DNA of 64,000 nucleotides from the human T2T-CHM13v2.0 reference genome, Homo sapiens, in assembly GCF_009914755.1 (NCBI RefSeq), contig NC_060948.1. One strand, written 5' to 3'. Position numbers and translations under genes: made by a program. The notes under the pieces were generated by a model that saw only the letters and a list, made by a program, of their open reading frames with translations, was not told where the DNA came from and did not search any database. Below are positions 16,610-35,966 of the stretch, one piece after another. How positions within the stretch are numbered: the stretch's first letter is position 1; every line of letters begins with the position of its first letter.

Positions 16610-18714
16610 AGATCCATATTTTTTAAATGAAAAAAAATTTCAAAGGTACTCTGCTTGGTACAATAATCAAATGTATAAACTGAGGAATAAAACATAACCA
16701 TGAAACCTACTTATAACTGCATATGGAAAATACAGAGGATAATTTTTTAAATAACATATTTTGAAAGCCTTAACTAGTAATTTGAAGAGTTGGCATTTGA
16801 AAGGCCAGTATGAATATACCTTCAAAGCAGCAACACAGGTTCCCCATGAGAAAAAGCAAACTCAGGGAAAATAAAACCACAAAGGTTCAATCTCTTCTGA
16901 CCTTTGAAAGACACAGCACAGACAGTGGTCCTTAGGACGAAGAGCAGGAGACCCCTAATTCCGTCACCATGGCGATAGGGCATAAACATTGCTGGGTGAG
17001 GGCACAATCCACATTGTGAAGTCCAAGTGCTGCCAGGAAGACAGGAGTGCTTTTACATAGACCGAAAGGTCATTGAAGGCTCAGAGTTTTGTTTCAAGAA
17101 CTGAATCCCAAGCCCACAAGTTATTAGGCTGCGCGTCTTAAAACAAGTTATGAGATGGGAAAAAGGGCACCCACAAACATACGTATACATTATGTATATA
17201 ATAATATACAGTATCATATATATAATATATATAACCTATGTATAATATTGTTTTACATCCTGCATCTTATGTTATATATATTGTATAAAATATAATAATT
17301 GATAATATATAAGTTTTATATTTATACAATATGACATATAGTATATATTATAATTTATGACATATATAATATATGTTATATAGCATATATAGAATATATT
17401 ATACGGTTAATATACGTATTAAATATAAATTATACATTATATATATTATATATAATATATCTGTTATATATAATACCCATTATGCATAATATATATATTA
17501 TGTCTATGATATATATAGTATAAAACAACATATAATAATATATAATTGTATATATAAAATGCGACATATAATATATATTATATTTTATGACATATGTAAT
17601 ATATATTATATATTATATATAATGCGTTGTATGTATAATACCTATATTAAATATATATTACATGACTATGTTATTAATTACATGTCACATGTGTTATATA
17701 TTATTTATTTTACATAGAATATACCAGTTACATACAATATAAAGTATGTTACCTATAATGTATAATTTATTACATGTAAAATAAAGAATGCAATATATTA
17801 TGTATAATTTATAATATACAATATGTGGAATGTGATATATATAACATATAATATATGATATATGATATAGAGTATATGATATATAACATACAGTATATGA
17901 TACCTAATATATATGATATACAATACATATTTTATGATATGTATTCTATATGTTATATATTCTGTTATATATAACTGTTTGAAATTATATATAACTGTAT
18001 AATATTTTAGGTAAATATGTAATATAATATATATAACTTTATAATATATTATATATAACTATATATTATGTTATATATACTTTTATAACATAATTTACAT
18101 AAAATATCATAATATAATATATATTATATTATTTCATATTACATAATATATATTACATATCACCCAATATAAGTAACATACATAATATTATAATATAGAT
18201 TATATTATGTTATATCAAATATCATATATATCATGTATCATATATTCTATAATATATATTATACATTATATAATATGTATGTTGTCTATTATGTGATATA
18301 TATAACTATATATATAATTATATTATTGTACATATAACTAGATAAACATGTAATTCTACATATTTTCATTTATAATATATAGAATTATATAATCATATAT
18401 AATTATTTATATTCTATAAAAAATTATATCATTATATAAATTAGAATATATAAAAATTATAATATGTACTACAAACATATATATTATATATCATATATGA
18501 TATAGTACCTTTGTTATATATCATAATACATATAAATGTGTATTATGTTATCTATAATTATATAATTTCATATATAAGATGTATAATATGTATTATTTAT
18601 TATATACGTTATGTAATATATATAGTATATATAAGCTGACACAGGATAAATATTATATACTATGACATATAAAATATATGAGGTTATATGTTACATATAA
18701 GGCATAGCACATAA

Positions 18715-19029
<315 letters not shown>

Positions 19030-21134
19030 AGATCCATATTTTTTAAATGAAAAAAAATTTCAAAGGTACTCTGCTTGGTACAATAATCAAATGTATAAAC
19101 TGAGGAATAAAACATAACCATGAAACCTACTTATAACTGCATATGGAAAATACAGAGGATAATTTTTTAAATAACATATTTTGAAAGCCTTAACTAGTAA
19201 TTTGAAGAGTTGGCATTTGAAAGGCCAGTATGAATATACCTTCAAAGCAGCAACACAGGTTCCCCATGAGAAAAAGCAAACTCAGGGAAAATAAAACCAC
19301 AAAGGTTCAATCTCTTCTGACCTTTGAAAGACACAGCACAGACAGTGGTCCTTAGGACGAAGAGCAGGAGACCCCTAATTCCGTCACCATGGCGATAGGG
19401 CATAAACATTGCTGGGTGAGGGCACAATCCACCTTGTGAGGTCCAACTGCTGCCAGGAAGACAGGTGTGCTTTTACATAGACCGAAAAGTCATTGAAGGC
19501 TCAGAGTTTTGTTTCAAGAACTGAATCCCAAGCCCACACGTTATTAGGCTGCGCTTCTTAAAACAAGTTATGAGATGGGAAAAAGGGCACCCACAAACAT
19601 ACGTATACATTATGTATATAATAATATACAGTATCATATATATAATATATATAACCTATGTATAATATTGTTTTACATCCTGCATCTTATGTTATATATA
19701 TTGTTTAAAATATAATAATTGATAATATATAAGTTTTATATTTATTCAATATGACATATAGTATATATTATAATTTATGACATATATAGTATATGTTATA
19801 TATCATATATAGAATATATTATACGGTTAATATACGTATTAAATATAAATTATACATTATATATATTATATATAATATATCTGTTATATATAATACCCAT
19901 TATGCATAATATATATATTATGTCTATGATATATATAGTATAAAACAACATATAATAATATATAATTGTATATATAAAATGCGACATATAATATATATTA
20001 TATTTTATGACATATGTAATATATATTATATATTATATATAATGCGTTGTATGTATAATACCTATATTAAATATATATTACATGACTATGTTATTAATTA
20101 CATATCACATGTGTTATATATTATTTATTTTACATAGAATATACCGGTTACATACAATATATAGTATGTTACCTATAATGTATAATTTATTACATGTAAA
20201 ATAAAGAATGCAATATATTATGTATAATTTATAATATACAATATGTGGAATGTGATATATATAACATATAATATATGATATGTGATATAGAGTATATGAT
20301 ATATAACATACAGTATATGATACCTAATATATATGATATACAATATATATTTTATGATATGTATTCTATATGTTATATATTCTGTTATATATAACTGTTT
20401 GAAATTATATATAACTGTATAATATTTTAGGTAAATATGTAATATAATATATATAACTTTATAATATATTATATATAACTATATATTATGTTATATATAC
20501 TTTTATAACATAATTTACATAAAATATCATAAGATAATATATATTATATTATTTCATATTACGTAATATATATTACATATCACCCAATATAAGTAACATA
20601 CATAATATTATAATATAGATTATATTATGTTATATTAAATATCATATATATCATGTATCATATATTCTATAATATATATTATACATTATATAATATGTAT
20701 GTTGTCTATTATGTGATATATATAACTATATATATAATTATATTATTATACATATAACTAGATAAACATGTAATTCTACATATTTTCATTTATAATATAT
20801 AGAATTATATAATCATATATAATTATTTATATTCTATAAAAAATTATATCATTATATAAATTAGAATATATAAAAATTATAATATGTACTACAAACATAT
20901 ATATTATATATCATATATGATATAGTACCTTTGTTATATATCATAATACATATAAATGTGTATTATGTTATCTATAATTATATAATTTCATATATAAGAT
21001 GTATAATATGTATTATTTATTATATACGTTATGTAATATATATAGTATATATAAGCTGACACAGGATAAATATTATATACTATGACATATAAAATATATG
21101 AGGTTATATGTTACATATAAGGCATAGCACATAA

Positions 21135-21449
<315 letters not shown>

Positions 21450-23554
21450 AGATCCATATTTTTTAAATGAAAAAAAATTTCAAAGGTACTCTGCTTGGTA
21501 CAATAATCAAATGTATAAACTGAGGAATAAAACATAACCATGAAACCTACTTATAACTGCATATGGAAAATACAGAGGATAATTTTTTAAATAACATATT
21601 TTGAAAGCCTTAACTAGTAATTTGAAGAGTTGGCATTTGAAAGGCCAGTATGAATATACCTTCAAAGCAGCAACACAGGTTCCCCATGAGAAAAAGCAAA
21701 CTCAGGGAAAATAAAACCACAAAGGTTCAATCTCTTCTGACCTTTGAAAGACACAGCACAGACAGTGGTCCTTAGGACGAAGAGCAGGAGACCCCTAATT
21801 CCGTCACCATGGCGATAGGGAATAAACATTGCTGGGTGAGGGCACAATCCACCTTGTGAGGTCCAACTGCTGCCAGGAAGACAGGAGTGCTTTTACATAG
21901 ACCGAAAAGTCATTGAAGGCTCAGAGTTTTGTTTCAAGAACTGAATCCCAAGCCCACACTTTATTAGGCTGCGCTTCTTAAAACAAGTTATGAGATGGGA
22001 AAAAGGGCACCCACAAACATACGTATACATTATGTATATAATAATATACAGTATCATATATATAATATATATAACCTATGTATAATATTGTTTTACATCC
22101 TGCATCTTATGTTATATATATTGTTTAAAATATAATAATTGATAATATATAAGTTTTATATTTATTCAATATGACATATAGTATATATTATAATTTATGA
22201 CATATATAGTATATGTTATATATCATATATAGAATATATTATACGGTTAATATACGTATTAAATATAAATTATACATTATATATATTATATATAATATAT
22301 CTGTTATATATAATACCCATTATGCATAATATATATATTATGTCTATGATATATATAGTATAAAACAACATATAATAATATATAATTGTATATATAAAAT
22401 GCGACATATAATATATATTATATTTTATGACATATGTAATATATATTATATATTATATATAATGCGTTGTATGTATAATACCTATATTAAATATATATTA
22501 CATGACTATGTTATTAATTACATGTCACATGTGTTATATATTATTTATTTTACATAGAATATACCGGTTACATACAATATATAGTATGTTACCTATAATG
22601 TATAATTTATTACATGTAAAATAAAGAATGCAATATATTATGTATAATTTATAATATACAATATGTGGAATGTGATATATATAACATATAATATATGATA
22701 TGTGATATAGAGTATATGATATATAACATACAGTATATGATACCTAATATATATGATATACAATATATATTTTATGATATGTATTCTATATGTTATATAT
22801 TCTGTTATATATAACTGTTTGAAATTATATATAACTGTATAATATTTTAGGTAAATATGTAATATAATATATATAACTTTATAATATATTATATATAACT
22901 ATATATTATGTTATATATACTTTTATAACATAATTTACATAAAATATCATAAGATAATATATATTATATTATTTCATATTACGTAATATATATTACATAT
23001 CACCCAATATAAGTAACATACATAATATTATAATATAGATTATATTATGTTATATTAAATATCATATATATCATGTATCATATATTCTATAATATATATT
23101 ATACATTATATAATATGTATGTTGTCTATTATGTGATATATATAACTATATATATAATTATATTATTATACATATAACTAGATAAACATGTAATTCTACA
23201 TATTTTCATTTATAATATATAGAATTATATAATCATATATAATTATTTATATTCTATAAAAAATTATATCATTATATAAATTAGAATATATAAAAATTAT
23301 AATATGTACTACAAACATATATATTATATATCATATATGATATAGTACCTTTGTTATATATCATAATACATATAAATGTGTATTATGTTATCTATAATTA
23401 TATAATTTCATATATAAGATGTATAATATGTATTATTTATTATATACGTTATGTAATATATATAGTATATATAAGCTGACACAGGATAAATATTATATAC
23501 TATGACATATAAAATATATGAGGTTATATGTTACATATAAGGCATAGCACATAA

Positions 23555-23869
<315 letters not shown>

Positions 23870-25974
23870 AGATCCATATTTTTTAAATGAAAAAAAATTT
23901 CAAAGGTACTCTGCTTGGTACAATAATCAAATGTATAAACTGAGGAATAAAACATAACCATGAAACCTACTTATAACTGCATATGGAAAATACAGAGGAT
24001 AATTTTTTAAATAACATATTTTGAAAGCCTTAACTAGTAATTTGAAGAGTTGGCATTTGAAAGGCCAGTATGAATATACCTTCAAAGCAGCAACACAGGT
24101 TCCCCATGAGAAAAAGCAAACTCAGGGAAAATAAAACCACAAAGGTTCAATCTCTTCTGACCTTTGAAAGACACAGCACAGACAGTGGTCCTTAGGACGA
24201 AGAGCAGGAGACCCCTAATTCCGTCACCATGGCGATAGGGAATAAACATTGCTGGGTGAGGGCACAATCCACCTTGTGAGGTCCAACTGCTGCCAGGAAG
24301 ACAGGAGTGCTTTTACATAGACCGAAAAGTCATTGAAGGCTCAGAGTTTTGTTTCAAGAACTGAATCCCAAGCCCACACTTTATTAGGCTGCGCTTCTTA
24401 AAACAAGTTATGAGATGGGAAAAAGGGCACCCACAAACATACGTATACATTATGTATATAATAATATACAGTATCATATATATAATATATATAACCTATG
24501 TATAATATTGTTTTACATCCTGCATCTTATGTTATATATATTGTATAAAATATAATAATTGATAATATATAAGTTTTATATTTATTCAATATGACATATA
24601 GTATATATTATAATTTATGACATATATAGTATATGTTATATATCATATATAGAATATATTATACGGTTAATATACGTATTAAATATAAATTATACATTAT
24701 ATATATTATATATAATATATCTGTTATATATAATACCCATTATGCATAATATATATATTATGTCTATGATATATATAGTATAAAACAACATATAATAATA
24801 TATAATTGTATATATAAAATGCGACATATAATATATATTATATTTTATGACATATGTAATATATATTATATATTATATATAATGCGTTGTATGTATAATA
24901 CCTATATTAAATATATATTACATGACTATGTTATTAAATACATGTCACATGTGTTATATATTATTTATTTTACATAGAATATACCGGTTACATACAATAT
25001 ATAGTATGTTACCTATAATGTATAATTTATTACATGTAAAATAAAGAATGCAATATATTATGTATAATTTATAATATACAATATGTGGAATGTGATATAT
25101 ATAACATATAATATATGATATATGATATAGAGTATATGATATATAACATACAATATATGATACCTAATATACATGATATACAATATATATTTTATGATAT
25201 GTATTCTATATGTTATATATTCTGTTATATATAACTGTTTGAAATTATATATAACTGTATACTATTTTAGGTAAATATGTAATATAATATATATAACTTT
25301 ATAATATATTATATATAACTATATATTATGTTATATATACTTTTATAACATAATTTACATAAAATATCATAATATAATATATATTATATTATTTCATATT
25401 ACATAATATATATTACATATCACCCAATATAAGTAACATACATAATATTATAATATAGATTATATTATGTTATATTAAATATCATATATATCATGTATCA
25501 TATATTCTATAATATATATTATACATTATATAATATGTATGTTGTCTATTATGTGATATATATAACTATATATATAATTATATTATTATACATATAACTA
25601 GATAAACATGTAATTCTACATATTTTCATTTATAATATATAGAATTATATAATCATATATAATTATTTATATTCTATAAAAAATTATATCATTATATAAA
25701 TTAGAATATATAAAAATTATAATATGTACTACAAACATATATATTATATATCATATATGATATAGTACCTTTGTTATATATCATAATACATATAAATGTG
25801 TATTATGTTATCTATAATTATATAATTTCATATATAAGATGTATAATATGTATTATTTATTATATACGTTATGTAATATATATAGTATATATAAGCTGAC
25901 ACAGGATAAATATTATATACTATGACATATAAAATATATGAGGTTATATGTTACATATAAGGCATTGCACATAA

Positions 25975-26289
<315 letters not shown>

Positions 26290-28394
26290 AGATCCATATT
26301 TTTTAAATGAAAAAAAATTTCAAAGGTACTCTGCTTGGTACAATAATCAAATGTATAAACTGAGGAATAAAACATAACCATGAAACCTACTTATAACTGC
26401 ATATGGAAAATACAGAGGATAATTTTTTAAATAACATATTTTGAAAGCCTTAACTAGTAATTTGAAGAGTTGGCATTTGAAAGGCCAGTATGAATATACC
26501 TTCAAAGCAGCAACACAGGTTCCCCATGAGAAAAAGCAAACTCAGGGAAAATAAAACCACAAAGGTTCAATCTCTTCTGACCTTTGAAAGACACAGCACA
26601 GACAGTGGTCCTTAGGACGAAGAGCAGGAGACCCCTAATTCCGTCACCATGGCGATAGGGAATAAACATTGCTGGGTGAGGGCACAATCCACCTTGTGAG
26701 GTCCAACTGCTGCCAGGAAGACAGGAGTGCTTTTACATAGACCGAAAAGTCATTGAAGGCTCAGAGTTTTGTTTCAAGAACTGAATCCCAAGCCCACACT
26801 TTATTAGGCTGCGCTTCTTAAAACAAGTTATGAGATGGGAAAAAGGGCACCCACAAACATACGTATACATTATGTATATAATAATATACAGTATCATATA
26901 TATAATATATATAACCTATGTATAATATTGTTTTACATCCTGCATCTTATGTTATATATATTGTATAAAATATAATAATTGATAATATATAAGTTTTATA
27001 TTTATTCAATATGACATATAGTATATATTATAATTTATGACATATATAGTATATGTTATATATCATATATAGAATATATTATACGGTTAATATACGTATT
27101 AAATATAAATTATACATTATATATATTATATATAATATATCTGTTATATATAATACCCATTATGCATAATATATATATTATGTCTATGATATATATAGTA
27201 TAAAACAACATATAATAATATATAATTGTATATATAAAATGCGACATATAATATATATTATATTTTATGACATATGTAATATATATTATATATTATATAT
27301 AATGCGTTGTATGTATAATACCTATATTAAATATATATTACATGACTATGTTATTAAATACATGTCACATGTGTTATATATTATTTATTTTACATAGAAT
27401 ATACCGGTTACATACAATATATAGTATGTTACCTATAATGTATAATTTATTACATGTAAAATAAAGAATGCAATATATTATGTATAATTTATAATATACA
27501 ATATGTGGAATGTGATATATATAACATATAATATATGATATATGATATAGAGTATATGATATATAACATACAATATATGATACCTAATATACATGATATA
27601 CAATATATATTTTATGATATGTATTCTATATGTTATATATTCTGTTATATATAACTGTTTGAAATTATATATAACTGTATACTATTTTAGGTAAATATGT
27701 AATATAATATATATAACTTTATAATATATTATATATAACTATATATTATGTTATATATACTTTTATAACATAATTTACATAAAATATCATAATATAATAT
27801 ATATTATATTATTTCATATTACATAATATATATTACATATCACCCAATATAAGTAACATACATAATATTATAATATAGATTATATTATGTTATATTAAAT
27901 ATCATATATATCATGTATCATATATTCTATAATATATATTATACATTATATAATATGTATGTTGTCTATTATGTGATATATATAACTATATATATAATTA
28001 TATTATTATACATATAACTAGATAAACATGTAATTCTACATATTTTCATTTATAATATATAGAATTATATAATCATATATAATTATTTATATTCTATAAA
28101 AAATTATATCATTATATAAATTAGAATATATAAAAATTATAATATGTACTACAAACATATATATTATATATCATATATGATATAGTACCTTTGTTATATA
28201 TCATAATACATATAAATGTGTATTATGTTATCTATAATTATATAATTTCATATATAAGATGTATAATATGTATTATTTATTATATACGTTATGTAATATA
28301 TATAGTATATATAAGCTGACACAGGATAAATATTATATACTATGACATATAAAATATATGAGGTTATATGTTACATATAAGGCATTGCACATAA

Positions 28395-28709
<315 letters not shown>

Positions 28710-30834
28710 AGATCCATATTTTTTAAATGAAAAAAAATTTCAAAGGTACTCTGCTTGGTACAATAATCAAATGTATAAACTGAGGAATAAAACATAACCA
28801 TGAAACCTACTTATAACTGCATATGGAAAATACAGAGGATAATTTTTTAAATAACATATTTTGAAAGCCTTAACTAGTAATTTGAAGAGTTGGCATTTGA
28901 AAGGCCAGTATGAATATACCTTCAAAGCAGCAACACAGGTTCCCCATGAGAAAAAGCAAACTCAGGGAAAATAAAACCACAAAGGTTCAATCTCTTCTGA
29001 CCTTTGAAAGACACAGCACAGACAGTGGTCCTTAGGACGAAGAGCAGGAGACCCCTAATTCCGTCACCATGGCGATAGGGCATAAACATTGCTGGGTGAG
29101 GGCACAATCCACCTTGTGAGGTCCAACTGCTGCCAGGAAGACAGGAGTGCTTTTACATAGACCGAAAAGTCATTGAAGGCTCAGAGTTTTGTTTCAAGAA
29201 CTGAATCCCAAGCCCACACGTTATTAGGCTGCGCTTCTTAAAACAAGTTATGAGATGGGAAAAAGGGCACCCACAAACATACGTATACATTATGTATATA
29301 ATAATATACAGTATCATATATATAATATATATAACCTATGTATAATATTGTTTTACATCCTGCATCTTATGTTATATATATTGTATAAAATATAATAATT
29401 GATAATATATAAGTTTTATATTTATTCAATATGACATATAGTATATATTATAATTTATGACATATATAGTATATGTTATATATCATATATAGAATATATT
29501 ATACGGTTAATATACGTATTAAATATAAATTATACATTATATATATTATATATAATATATCTGTTATATATAATACCCATTATGCATAATATATATATTA
29601 TGTCTGTGTTATATATAGTATAAAACAACATATAATAATATATAATTGTATATATAAAATGCGACATATAATATATATTATATTTTATGACATATGTAAT
29701 ATATATTATATATTATATATAATACGTTGTATGTATAATACCTATAATAAATATATATTATATGACTATGTTATTAATTACATGTCACATGTGTTATATA
29801 TTATATATTTTACATAGAATATACCGGTTACATACAATATATACTATGTTACCTATAATGTATAATTTATTACATGTGAAATAAAGTATGCAATATATTA
29901 TGTATAATTTATAATATACAATATGTGGAATGTGATATATATAACATATAATATATGATATATGATATACAGCATATGATATATAACATACAATATATGA
30001 TACCTAATATATATGGTATACAATATATATTTTATGATATGTATTCTATATGTTTTATATTCTGTTATATATAACTATTTGAAATTATATATAACTGTAT
30101 AATATTTTATGTAAATATGTAATATAATATATATAACTATATAATATATTATATATAACTACATATTATGTTATATATACTTTTATAACTTAATTTACAT
30201 AAAATATCATAATATAATATATATTATATTATTTCATATTACATAATATATATTACATATCACCCAATATAAGTAACATACATAATATTATAATATAGAT
30301 TATATTATGTTATATTAAATATCATATATATCATGTATCATATAATCTATAATATATATTATACATTATATAATATGTATGTTGTTTATTATGTGATATA
30401 TATAACTATATTTATAATTATATTTTTATACATATAACTAGATAAACATGTAATTCTACATATTTTCATTTATAATATATAGAATTATATAATCATATAT
30501 AATTATTTATATTCTATAAAAAATTATATCATATAAATTATAATATATAAAAATTATAATATGTACTACACATATATATATTATATATCATATATGATAT
30601 AGTACCTTTGTTATATATCATAATACATATAAATGTGTATTATGTTATCTATAATTATATAATTTCATATATAAGATGTATAATATTTATTATATATTAT
30701 ATAAGTTATGTAATATATATAGTATATATAAGATGACACAGGATAAATATTATATACTATGACATATAAAATATATGAGGTTATATGTTACATATAAGGC
30801 ATAGCACATAACATGTAATATATATCATCTATAA

Positions 30835-31126
<292 letters not shown>

Positions 31127-33231
31127 AGATCCATATTTTTTAAATGAAAAAAAATTTCAAAGGTACTCTGCTTGGTACAATAATCAAATGTATAAACTGA
31201 GGAATAAAACATAACCATGAAACCTACTTATAACTGCATATGGAAAATACAGAGGATAATTTTTTAAATAACATATTTTGAAAGCCTTAACTAGTAATTT
31301 GAAGAGTTGGCATTTGAAAGGCCAGTATGAATATACCTTCAAAGCAGCAACACAGGTTCCCCATGAGAAAAAGCAAACTCAGGGAAAATAAAACCACAAA
31401 GGTTCAATCTCTTCTGTCCTTTGAAAGACACAGCACAGACAGTGGTCCTTAGGACGAAGAGCAAGAGACCCCTAATTCCGTCACCATGGCGATAGGGCAT
31501 AAACATTGCTGGGTGAGGGCACAATCCACATTGTGAGGTCCAACTGCTGCCAGGAAGACAGGAGTGCTTTTACATAGACCGAAAGATCATTGAAGGCTCA
31601 GAGTTTTGTTTCAAGAACTGAATCCCAAGCCCACACGTTATTAGGCTGCGCTTCTTAAAACAAGTTATGAGATGGGAAAAAGGGCACCCACAGACATACG
31701 TATACATTATGTATATAATAATATACAGTATCATATATATAATATATATAACCTATGTATAATATTGTTTTACATCCTGCATCTTATATTATATATATTG
31801 TATAAAATATAATAATTGATAATATATAAGTTTTATATTTATACAATATGACATACAGTATATATTATAATTTATGACATATATAATATATGTTATATAT
31901 CATATATAGAATATATTATACGGTTAATATACGTATTAAATATAAATTATACATTATATATATTATATATAATATATCTGTTATATATAACACCCATTAT
32001 GCATAATATATATATTATGTCTAGGTTATATATAGTATAAAACAACATATAATAATATATAATTGTATATATAAAATGCGACATATAATATATATTATAT
32101 TTTATGACATATGTAATATATATTATATATTATATATAATACGTTGTATGTATAATACCTATAATAAATATATATTATATGACTATGTTATTAATTACAT
32201 GTCACATGTGTTATATATTGTATATTTTACATAGAATATACCGGTTACATACAATATATACTATGTTACCTATAATGTATATTTTATTACATGTGAAATA
32301 AAGAATGCAATATATTATGTATAATTTATAATATACAATATGTGGAATGTGATATATATAACATATAATATATGATATATGATATACAGTATATGATATA
32401 TAACATACAATATATGATACCTAATATATATGGTATACAATATATATTTTATGATATGTATTCCATATGTTTTATATTCTGTTATAAATAACTATTTGAA
32501 ATTATATATAACTGTATAATATTTTATGTAAATATGTAATATAATATATATAACTATATAATATATTATATATAACTATATATTTTGTTATATATACTTT
32601 TATAACATAATTTACATAAAATATCATAATATAATATATATTATATTATTTCATATTACATAATATATATTACATATCACCCAATATAAGTAACATACAT
32701 AATATTATAATATAGATTATATTATGTTATATTAAATATCATATATATCATGTATCATATAATCTATAATATATATTATACATTATATAATATGTATGTT
32801 GTCTATTATGTGATATATATAACTATATATATAATTATATTATTATACATATAACTAGATAAACATGTAATTCTACATATTTTCATTTATAATATATAGA
32901 ATTATATAATCATATATAATTATTTATATTCTATAAAAAATTATATCGTTATATAAATTATAATATGTAAAAATTATAATATGTACTACAAATATATATA
33001 TTATATATCATATATGATATGGTACCTTTGTTATATATCATAATACATATAAATGTGTATTATGTTATCTATAATTATATAATTTCATATATAAGATGTA
33101 TAATATTTATTATATATTATATATGTTATGTAATATATATAGTATATATAAGATGACACAGGATAAATATTATATACTATGACATATAAAATATATGAGG
33201 TTATATGTTACATATAAGTCATAGCACATAA

Positions 33232-33546
<315 letters not shown>

Positions 33547-35651
33547 AGATCCATATTTTTTAAATGAAAAAAAATTTCAAAGGTACTCTGCTTGGTACAA
33601 TAATCAAGTGTATAAACTGAGGAATAAAACATAACCATGAAACCTACTTATAACTGCATATGGAAAATACAGAGGATAATTTTTTAAATAACATATTATG
33701 AAAGCCTTAACTAGTAATTTGAAGAGTTGGCATTTGAAAGGCCAGTATGAATATACCTTCAAAGCAGCAACACAGGTTCCCCATGAGAAAAAGCAAACTC
33801 AGGGAAAATAAAACCACAAAGGTTCAATGTCTTCTGACCTTTGAAAGACACAGCACAGACAGTGGCCCTTAGGACGAAGAGCTGGAGACCCCTAATTCCG
33901 TCACCATGGCGATAGGGCATAAACATTGCTGGGTGAGGGCACAATCCACATTGTGAGGTCCAACTGCTGCCAGGAAGACAGGAGTGCTTTTACATAGACC
34001 GAAAGGTCATTGAAGGCTCAGAGGTTTGTTTCAAGAACTGAATCCCAAGCCCACACGTTATTAGGCTGCGCTTCTTAAAACAAGTTATGAGATGGGAAAA
34101 AGGGCACCCACAAACATACGTATACATTATGTATATAATAATATACAGTATCATATATATAATATATATAACCTATGTATAATATTGTTTTACATCCTGC
34201 ATCTTATATTATATATATTGTTTAAAATATAATAATTGATAATATATAAGTTTTATATTTATACAATATGACATATAGTATATATTATACTTTATGACAT
34301 ATATAATATATGTTATATATCATATATAGAATATATTATACGGTTAATATACGTATTAAATATAAATTATACATTATATATATTATATATAATATATCTG
34401 TTACATATAATACCCATTATGCATAATATATATATTATGTCTATGTGATATATAGTATAAAACAACATATAATAATATATAATTGTATATATAAAATGCG
34501 ACATATAATATATATTATATTTTATGACATATGTAATATATATTATATATTATATATAATACGTTGTATGTATAATACCTATAATAAATATATATTATAT
34601 GACTATGTTATTAATTGCATGTCACATGTGTTATATATTATATATTTTACATAGAATATACCGGTTACATACAATATATACTATGTTACCTATAATGTAT
34701 AATTTATTACATGTAAAACAAAGAATGCAATATATTATGTATAATTTATAATGTACAATATGTGGAATGTGATATATATAACATATAATATATGATATAT
34801 GATATACAGTATATGATATATACCATACAATATACGATACCTAATATATATGGTATACAATATATATTTTATGATATGTATTCTATATGTTTTATATTCT
34901 GTTATATATAACTATTTGAAATTATATATAACTGTATAATATTTTATGTAAATATGTAATATAATATATATAACTATATAATATATTATATATAACTATA
35001 TATTATGTTATATATACTTTTATAACATAATTTACATAAAATAATATAATATAATATACATTATATTATTTCATATTACATAATATATATTACATATCAC
35101 CCAATATAAGTAACATACATAATATTATAATATAGATTATATTATGTTATATTAAATATCATATATATCATGTATCATATAATCTATAATATATATTATA
35201 CATTATATAATATGTATGTTGTCTATTATGTGATATATATAACTATATATATAATTATATTATTATACATATAACTAGATAAACATGTAATTCTACATAT
35301 TTTCATTTATAATATATAGAATTATATAATCATATATAATTATTTATATTCTATAAAAAATTATATCGTTATATAAATTATAATATGTAAAAATTATAAT
35401 ATGTACTACAAATATATATATTATATATCATATATGATATGGTACCTTTGTTATATATCATAATACATATAAATGTGTATTATGTTATCTATAATTATAT
35501 AATTTCATATATAAGATGTATAATATTTATTATATATTATATATGTTATGTAATATATATAGTATATATAAGATGACACAGGATAAATATTATATACTAT
35601 GACATATAAAATATATGAGGTTATATGTTACATATAAGGCATAGCACATAA

Positions 35652-35966
<315 letters not shown>

